From a virus (Duplodnaviria > Caudoviricetes), in the IMG/VR virus record IMGVR_UViG_3300007553_000105, positions 1 through 64,000 of that record: 64,000 nt of DNA; one strand, 5' to 3'. Numbering within the stretch: the stretch's first letter is position 1; the number at the start of each line of letters is the position of its first letter. Of the stretch, positions 57,740-64,000 are shown piece by piece. The notes below the pieces were generated by a model, which was not told the origin of the DNA, ran no database searches, and saw only the letters and a program-made list of their open reading frames with translations. The translations under genes were made by a program, and so were the position numbers.

Positions 57740-60700
57740 TTATAAAAGCACACCCTGGCCTGTCTGCTGTAATCTCTTTGATTCAGTGTCATCACCGTCT
57801 AATATACTTTCTCCTGAAAGCAAATCGTATCCATAATATGAATTATATGCAGCATCTTTGTAGAACGTGTCCTTGCTAAACGGCGTAGAATCAGTAATAC
57901 TCAAATCTGTTACATCAATAATCTGTGTTCCTGCAGGGTGCTTCTTTGGCAATGTGTTGCCAACACCCCTTGTTACTCCATACAGAACGCCATTAGAATT
58001 TTGACTGTACTGTATTAATTCGCCATTTACGTATGCAAAGCCACCCAATGCTTTAAACGGGGCAGCGTCATCAACGATGATATTTTCATCACTGCTGGAT
58101 ATGTCAGCAGCAATAATTGCCTTGTTAGTATCCACTAGAGAATATGCCGCCACATTTCCTAGATTGTTAAGCATATAAACGTATGTTTTAGATGTTGCAC
58201 CATATCCCCCAGCGTCGGTTGTTATTACTTTCAATGACAACTGTTCAATAATATCTACACCAATAGTCGTGTTTCTATATTCTCCAACTGTTTCATTCCA
58301 ATTCTGAGGCTCGTTAAACCCTTGTCCAATAAACACATCATCTACTGTTGCGGTGAAGTCCCCACCGAATACTTCGTCTACATCAGGCCCATCTGAAAAT
58401 GCAGAAGTATATGTGTCGCCATTGATAGTTATATTGTCATCAATAGTGCTAAAATCTATTATAACAGACTTTTGAACATTGTCAATCTCTTCAAAAGTAA
58501 TTGGTAGAATTTCCTGAGCTAGATTTCTATCAAAAATAGTTCTAACTTTTGTATGGAATGGCTTTACAGTATTAATGTAATCCGCTACTTCGTCAATGTG
58601 TGACGATTTGTACTTTTGAATCATCGTGTTATTATTGTGTATTAAGGCAGTGTCAATGTCTAATTTAATATATGTTGTTTTATAGAACCAATCAACTTGA
58701 TTGTGTGTACTTGCAACATAACGAACCATACCAAAGAATAACTTGTTAAAGTTATTAATAAAGTTATTAATAAACAAGTCTTCTCTACATGCTTTAATTA
58801 TGTAACCCATATATATGCCAGGATCAAAGTCCCAAATGCCTTCCCATCTTGAATTATCCCAACCGTAAATACTATTTTTAAGATATACTAGGTCATTGAA
58901 TTGAATCGTAGCATTTTCTTTTTCTACTAATTCCCATTCAGAAGTATTAGCATTCCATTGATAAATCTCATCTTGTGAAAGTCCGTTTGGTGCGTATGGC
59001 TTGTTTAAGCGAACAAGCGTATGTACAGACGTATCAACTAAATTTAGTTCACCTGTAGAGCCTACTATCTTACTAGGAACAGCATCAGGAATTCTGTTTG
59101 GCGAAACATATGTAGCCCATTCCCATGTATTATTCATATTGAATCCAGGGTGCAATGACCAAACAACGTCTGAAGGATCTACACTATTATCTACACTGGT
59201 ACATACATACATTTTGCCTGTGTTGTTATCAACAAATGTATCACCAACGTGTGGGTCAGCTATATTATCCTCAGGATTACCTGAACCAAAAACTGTAGCA
59301 GGAGTAGTTATATAGAATGTTTGTGAAAGTATTCTATCCCATCTACCTCTAAAATCCTGCACTAGGTTTTGGTTTATCAATAGTCTATTGATGATACTAA
59401 TTGCCTCGCGGCGGGCGTCCCACACATCTTTAAACCAAGCCTGTGCAAAAATAATATTTTCTGTAGTTATTCTTCTATTATCTCCGTAACGATTGTACTC
59501 ATGAATATCAAAATCTGGGATAGGATATCCTGTAGTACGCTGTGTACCTATTAAGTTATCTTCTAGGCCAATGTACCAGTAGTCAGGTATCAGATCAGTT
59601 TCTTCAGAAATAGCTAGCCAGCTAGAATGTGATGTTTTTTCAGGTCGCATAGTTATTTGCAATACACTTGCGGTATCATTGACAAACAGTGATGCATTAG
59701 CCATAATCAAAACTGTTGCACTAATTGGGGCAAACCATACTAACCCGTTTGCAGCTGGATCAGCAATAATACTAGCAATGTCAGATACAGTTAAGCGTCT
59801 ATTTTCAGAATTTATTGTGGTTTTATTCTTTACCCAGAAATAGTATACTGATTCATATGCTGATATGTTGTCGTTCCATTCATCTTCTTGTGTATAGTAG
59901 TATAGATATTCATCAGTCGTTGATACGTAAACTCTATACACTTCACCAGATGCAGTTACGCCAAATTGGTCTGCACTGCGTTTAACCTCAGATTCCCATT
60001 CATCTGGAGGAACACTACTCTTGGTCCATTCGTAAATATCTATAGAAGACCCGGGGAATTGTTTGCCCCAGACATTCATACGATATTCGTAATTACCTTG
60101 ATCATAGTCATAATATTTGACTTTGCTAATATCCCACCAAACTTTTCCTACTTGATCTTCGCCCCATGCGCCGCGCTGGTTAGTTGTATAATTATCATCA
60201 TTTGACATATTATAAATTGCCAAGTCAACAACTGAGCGATGATTAATTTCTCTATCAGCAACTCCAGGAATTACACCTCTAATAGGATCAAATAACTCAA
60301 ATTCTCCCATAGTATATGATCTATCTGCGTCATATATAAGGACACTTTCAACTTGATTATCTTTAATTCTTTCAAAGTTACTGTATACTAAATCAAACGT
60401 TGTTGATGTGCTATTCTTCCAGACTAGATTACACTCTGCACCAAATTCATCGTGTGTTATCCAGGCGTAAGTACCTGGCTTCCAGTCATAATATGGAACC
60501 ATATAACTACTTGATATTAAGTCTTCGTAATTATTAAATCTTGATGAACGTAATATCATAATACTTTCGCATTTGCCTGATTTTTCTATAAATCTATCTA
60601 TATAGAATGATGATGGATCAGTTGGGTTTGCATTTGTTACCATATGAATACCATCAATGTTTGGCCGTGTAGTTGAATTCAATATCATTACATAATCACC

Positions 60701-63700
60701 AATTGCCATTGGATATGCTCTAGTATCACCAGTGTTGCTTTTTAGCGAAATTTTTGCATCATTACCGTCATCAGTTTCATTGCCTGCTTCAATTTCACCC
60801 CACATACGGAATGAATGTGTCTGCAACACGTTCCAACCAAAATATTTTGACGTAATAGTATTAGTTCTAGATTTTATCAATCCACTATCATTAGCTAACC
60901 AAATGTTGAACAACGCATCATCTTCTGTGTTAATAAGAGTCCAATCGCTTTCGTCAAATACGTTATCTGTTAGTCCAAAGTCAGCGTAATAAACTCCCGT
61001 TGGAATCGTTGCTTGATCATTGAATTCTCTGTCTCCTAGATTGATTTCTGCGTTTGCGGATGAAATAGTTATTCTGCCAGATATTAGTGATGCTACAACT
61101 CCTGGTATATCCTTAGCATTTATAAAGGCAACTGCTTCAGCTGCTGAACAAGACACATTAACAATGCCCGGTGTTCCAACAATTGTTGATCCTGGTAGTC
61201 CAAGTTGTGTTCTTGCTGTACCTGCAATTTCCAATGTTTCTAATGATGCCCAGCTGGTCTTTGCAAACTTCGTAATTTCAATTTCATTACTTGTAGTTTT
61301 AGTAAACAGATACCCACTTGTATTATAAAGAGCAATTTGTGAAAGAACATAGTCTATATCCATATCAACATCTACTAATATAATAGAAGTAGTTGGCAAA
61401 TATACACTAGCCGTTATACCAAATTCACTGTTTCCGCTTGCATCGTTAACGGTAAAGGTATCATTGACTGTTTCTGCGCTCATAACAATATGCACTCGTG
61501 TACCAGCATCAATCGCCGTTACGCCTGCCACACTGCTATTGATAGCAAACTTTAACTGAGCTGAATCCATGGAATAAGTTGGAACAGTTCCTGCAAAGTT
61601 AACAGTTATTTCCTCGCCGCCAACAAATACTGGATCAAGGAATATTATGTTTTGCCCAACAACCATCCAGTCAGCAGGAGTGGTGTAAACAGTTGAGTCT
61701 ACTGTTACTGAAGTTATATTGTTTGTTGACAAACTAGTTGTCAGTGTGTATGTTTGCTGTGCAGCGACCCCTGTTAAATTCTCAGATGATGTGCCTGTAA
61801 CAGGAGTAGCAAATGTTTGTAGATCAACTATTGTTGTTGTTGAAGTCCCACTTACAAAAGTAGTAAAGCTAAGTGTCTTTCCAGTCACATCACTACTTGA
61901 TGGGTTTACTTCAGTAACAGCATATGGATTGCCGTCATTTACTGCGTCTGGATCTATAATAGTCTGTTCTACTTTTCTTTCCAGGTTTATTTCTATTTCG
62001 TCAACAATCAAGTTAGCAGGAGACAGTACTACTGGGTTAGCTGAACCAGTAACTACGATATCTGGATATGAATATGATTGTTTATCAAACCATATCTTTA
62101 CGCCGTCAATTTCAGCTGACGGAGTATCTGGATCGTCAATTTCGTTACGATGCTTAAACAGTACATCAGTAACGATTTCACTACTAGTAAATTCTAGAGG
62201 AAGAATTTCACTTAAAAATGTAATATTTTTATTTGCACGCCACAGATCGCCTTGGCGTCTTACTACGTCTCCTAGACGATACGGGCGTCTTGAATTCCAT
62301 GTATCATAGTTTGCATAAACCGCGTTTGAATCAAAAACATTTTCAAGTTCATCAACAGTTAATGCTGCATAACGAGTGTCGCCTTCCTGTAGATTTCCTG
62401 CAACTGGCAATGAAAGCACGACTTCGTCCATTGGCTTCATTTGAAATTGTATATCTGTTTCTTTGTTTACGTAAACAATGTTATTACTTGACAGATCAAT
62501 CAGTGATGGATCTTGCTTGACCATTGAACTATTAATTTCAAGTTCAGTGGCATGTTCTCTGATCGTGTCACCGTAGTGGCTGTGTTTAAACATCCATTCC
62601 TCATAAACGTCTACTGTACTACGCCCGTCGTTGACAAGATTTGTTCTGCCAATTTTTTCAACAATAGCATTTGTGCCTTTGTTTCTAATTACACCTTGAT
62701 AGAATTTTGATACTACATTGGCAGGTAGGCCAAGTTTAAGTACCCAGTCACGTGTAATATTGCCTAAAGTCAGGTTTTCTGCAATAGTGTGATCTTTATT
62801 GAACTTAACAACATTGAAGTCATAGAAATCCATGACATCAGAAATTGCAGTGTCGTAGTTTTGAATAATGGTGTTGTTACTAACAAGATAGCCTGGTACT
62901 GTCTTAGTTCCGTCCCAATCTCTTGTTCTCTCCCCTGTTATTCTAAGTCTACCATGTCTTTGATTTTTTACGTCATCAAAAATTACATCACCAAATTGTG
63001 TGGCATTATTAAACAAAATACCATGTTCAAACGATACCACTGCTGATGCAACACATACAATATTTCTAGCTATAGGGGTTGTTACTGCCCCTTGCTCTTG
63101 ATATTCCTTATACTGTGTTGAAGTGGATGATTGGTAGTTGTATGTGATATAACTTTCGCTATCTTCTTGAACAGAGATAGGGTAAAGTCTAGGATGTATT
63201 TGTATTTCAGTTGATGATCTAGTAATACATAGATCGCTGTGATCAATTGTAACTACGTTACCAACTTCATCATATGCAAGAATTTCGTTAACACCGCCGG
63301 GCATACTTCCGTATTCCAGTACTACGCCAAATTCTGGATTGAAAATTACGCTTGTACCAATTTCTACAGTATACTCCGTATCTATGTCAGCAAGAACTGC
63401 CCAGTTAGCAAAATCAAGTGCTTTGGCATCTTTTGTAGTTGCAAAGGTATATCCTGCTGTTTCCAAGTACTGGTAGTATCCAATTATAAAATTATATACA
63501 TCCTGTGTTCTTGCAAGTATTGATCCAAACTGTAATTTTGAAATATTATCAGTGAATGTATTATATTTTTTAATTGTCTGGCCGTTTACTAGCGTAATAG
63601 TACTGAATGATTTTGTAGTGTCAACCGTGTAATATTTAAATTCCTGTTTTGATGGACTCACTCCTGAAATAAGGTATCCGCTGTCTTTCTTAGTAATGTA

Positions 63701-64000
63701 AATTTCAGATGCTACAATTAGATCAGACGGCGCACTCTTATTAAGAATTAAACTTCTGTCTATTTCTGTTATGGTAAACTTGCCAGATAGTCCACTTTCT
63801 GTTTCAGCTGAAATCAGGTTTGCTTTAGTGAATCCGCCAATTGGTTGATATAGTGATGTGCTTATATTTTTATAAGTGACTGGTATATCAACGCTGAACC
63901 CATTTCTTTTCGCATAGTTTTCTTGAAGCTGATTTATGCCACCAACCCAAAAATTATCAGGGCCCATACTTATTTTTAGTTCTACTGTGGGATACGAGTC
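57740..64000 (-). CDS. very large baseplate wedge-like structural protein (5' end outside the window)
   Basis: Frame is open to the window edge. Motifs include FYQGVIRNKGT, YEEW, VGKVWWD, YYFWVK and YINTVKPFHTKVR, plus a terminal NGELI.Y...RGV..T...H..G. Confidence 0.8.
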   Translation of the reverse strand, partial: DSYPTVELKISMGPDNFWVGGINQLQENYAKRNGFSVDIPVTYKNISTSLYQPIGGFTKANLISAETESGLSGKFTITEIDRSLILNKSAPSDLIVASEIYITKKDSGYLISGVSPSKQEFKYYTVDTTKSFSTITLVNGQTIKKYNTFTDNISKLQFGSILARTQDVYNFIIGYYQYLETAGYTFATTKDAKALDFANWAVLADIDTEYTVEIGTSVIFNPEFGVVLEYGSMPGGVNEILAYDEVGNVVTIDHSDLCITRSSTEIQIHPRLYPISVQEDSESYITYNYQSSTSTQYKEYQEQGAVTTPIARNIVCVASAVVSFEHGILFNNATQFGDVIFDDVKNQRHGRLRITGERTRDWDGTKTVPGYLVSNNTIIQNYDTAISDVMDFYDFNVVKFNKDHTIAENLTLGNITRDWVLKLGLPANVVSKFYQGVIRNKGTNAIVEKIGRTNLVNDGRSTVDVYEEWMFKHSHYGDTIREHATELEINSSMVKQDPSLIDLSSNNIVYVNKETDIQFQMKPMDEVVLSLPVAGNLQEGDTRYAALTVDELENVFDSNAVYANYDTWNSRRPYRLGDVVRRQGDLWRANKNITFLSEILPLEFTSSEIVTDVLFKHRNEIDDPDTPSAEIDGVKIWFDKQSYSYPDIVVTGSANPVVLSPANLIVDEIEINLERKVEQTIIDPDAVNDGNPYAVTEVNPSSSDVTGKTLSFTTFVSGTSTTTIVDLQTFATPVTGTSSENLTGVAAQQTYTLTTSLSTNNITSVTVDSTVYTTPADWMVVGQNIIFLDPVFVGGEEITVNFAGTVPTYSMDSAQLKFAINSSVAGVTAIDAGTRVHIVMSAETVNDTFTVNDASGNSEFGITASVYLPTTSIILVDVDMDIDYVLSQIALYNTSGYLFTKTTSNEIEITKFAKTSWASLETLEIAGTARTQLGLPGSTIVGTPGIVNVSCSAAEAVAFINAKDIPGVVASLISGRITISSANAEINLGDREFNDQATIPTGVYYADFGLTDNVFDESDWTLINTEDDALFNIWLANDSGLIKSRTNTITSKYFGWNVLQTHSFRMWGEIEAGNETDDGNDAKISLKSNTGDTRAYPMAIGDYVMILNSTTRPNIDGIHMVTNANPTDPSSFYIDRFIEKSGKCESIMILRSSRFNNYEDLISSSYMVPYYDWKPGTYAWITHDEFGAECNLVWKNSTSTTFDLVYSNFERIKDNQVESVLIYDADRSYTMGEFELFDPIRGVIPGVADREINHRSVVDLAIYNMSNDDNYTTNQRGAWGEDQVGKVWWDISKVKYYDYDQGNYEYRMNVWGKQFPGSSIDIYEWTKSSVPPDEWESEVKRSADQFGVTASGEVYRVYVSTTDEYLYYYTQEDEWNDNISAYESVYYFWVKNKTTINSENRRLTVSDIASIIADPAANGLVWFAPISATVLIMANASLFVNDTASVLQITMRPEKTSHSSWLAISEETDLIPDYWYIGLEDNLIGTQRTTGYPIPDFDIHEYNRYGDNRRITTENIIFAQAWFKDVWDARREAISIINRLLINQNLVQDFRGRWDRILSQTFYITTPATVFGSGNPEDNIADPHVGDTFVDNNTGKMYVCTSVDNSVDPSDVVWSLHPGFNMNNTWEWATYVSPNRIPDAVPSKIVGSTGELNLVDTSVHTLVRLNKPYAPNGLSQDEIYQWNANTSEWELVEKENATIQFNDLVYLKNSIYGWDNSRWEGIWDFDPGIYMGYIIKACREDLFINNFINNFNKLFFGMVRYVASTHNQVDWFYKTTYIKLDIDTALIHNNNTMIQKYKSSHIDEVADYINTVKPFHTKVRTIFDRNLAQEILPITFEEIDNVQKSVIIDFSTIDDNITINGDTYTSAFSDGPDVDEVFGGDFTATVDDVFIGQGFNEPQNWNETVGEYRNTTIGVDIIEQLSLKVITTDAGGYGATSKTYVYMLNNLGNVAAYSLVDTNKAIIAADISSSDENIIVDDAAPFKALGGFAYVNGELIQYSQNSNGVLYGVTRGVGNTLPKKHPAGTQIIDVTDLSITDSTPFSKDTFYKDAAYNSYYGYDLLSGESILDGDDTESKRLQQTGQGVLL

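Noticed and set aside
61719-62309. 196-aa plus-strand ORF and the many other short antisense or alternate-frame ORFs in the track
   Set aside because: They are shadows of well-supported genes and have no RBS or recognisable motifs.
1-64000. Stop-codon reassignment
   Set aside because: Code 11 gives full-length, densely packed genes, and TAA, TGA and TAG all end plausible proteins.
1-64000. CRISPR array, tRNA, rRNA, intron, intein or transposase
   Set aside because: None recognisable by eye; intergenic gaps are too short except for the 31.3-31.5 kb leader.
1-64000. Bacterial chromosome or biosynthetic island rather than phage
   Set aside because: Baseplate/tail genes, a clamp-like gene, T4-like late boxes and phage-style gene packing favour a jumbo phage.

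Overview
This window looks like a 64-kb segment of a large (jumbo, T4-superfamily-like) tailed phage genome, probably infecting a marine or aquatic Alphaproteobacterium. The host call is an inference from TspO, zf-CHCC, DUF465, DUF6356-like and TctA/TctC genes. Genes are densely packed and almost all on the minus strand. The right end carries baseplate/tail structural genes. The rest is about 50 kb of chemistry genes: MetK; a 7-deazaguanine cluster (TGT/DpdA-like, QueD-like, FolE, QueE) interleaved with a glycosyltransferase, GalE, two methyltransferases, a phosphoribosyltransferase and a MazG-like protein; seven further radical SAM enzymes (one apparently circularly permuted, one B12-binding); four 2OG/Fe(II)-oxygenase-like proteins; several glycosyltransferase-, sulfotransferase- and methyltransferase-like proteins; a carbamoyltransferase; and thyA/folA. 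A separate unit (structured leader RNA, ferritin-like diiron enzyme, cupin, sulfotransferase-like protein, TctC, TctA, terminator) looks like a self-contained small-molecule module. Five near-perfect sigma70 promoters and a set of TAAATA late-type promoters are visible. No tRNA, rRNA, CRISPR array or mobile element was recognised. All protein calls are by motif recognition only; no searches were run.
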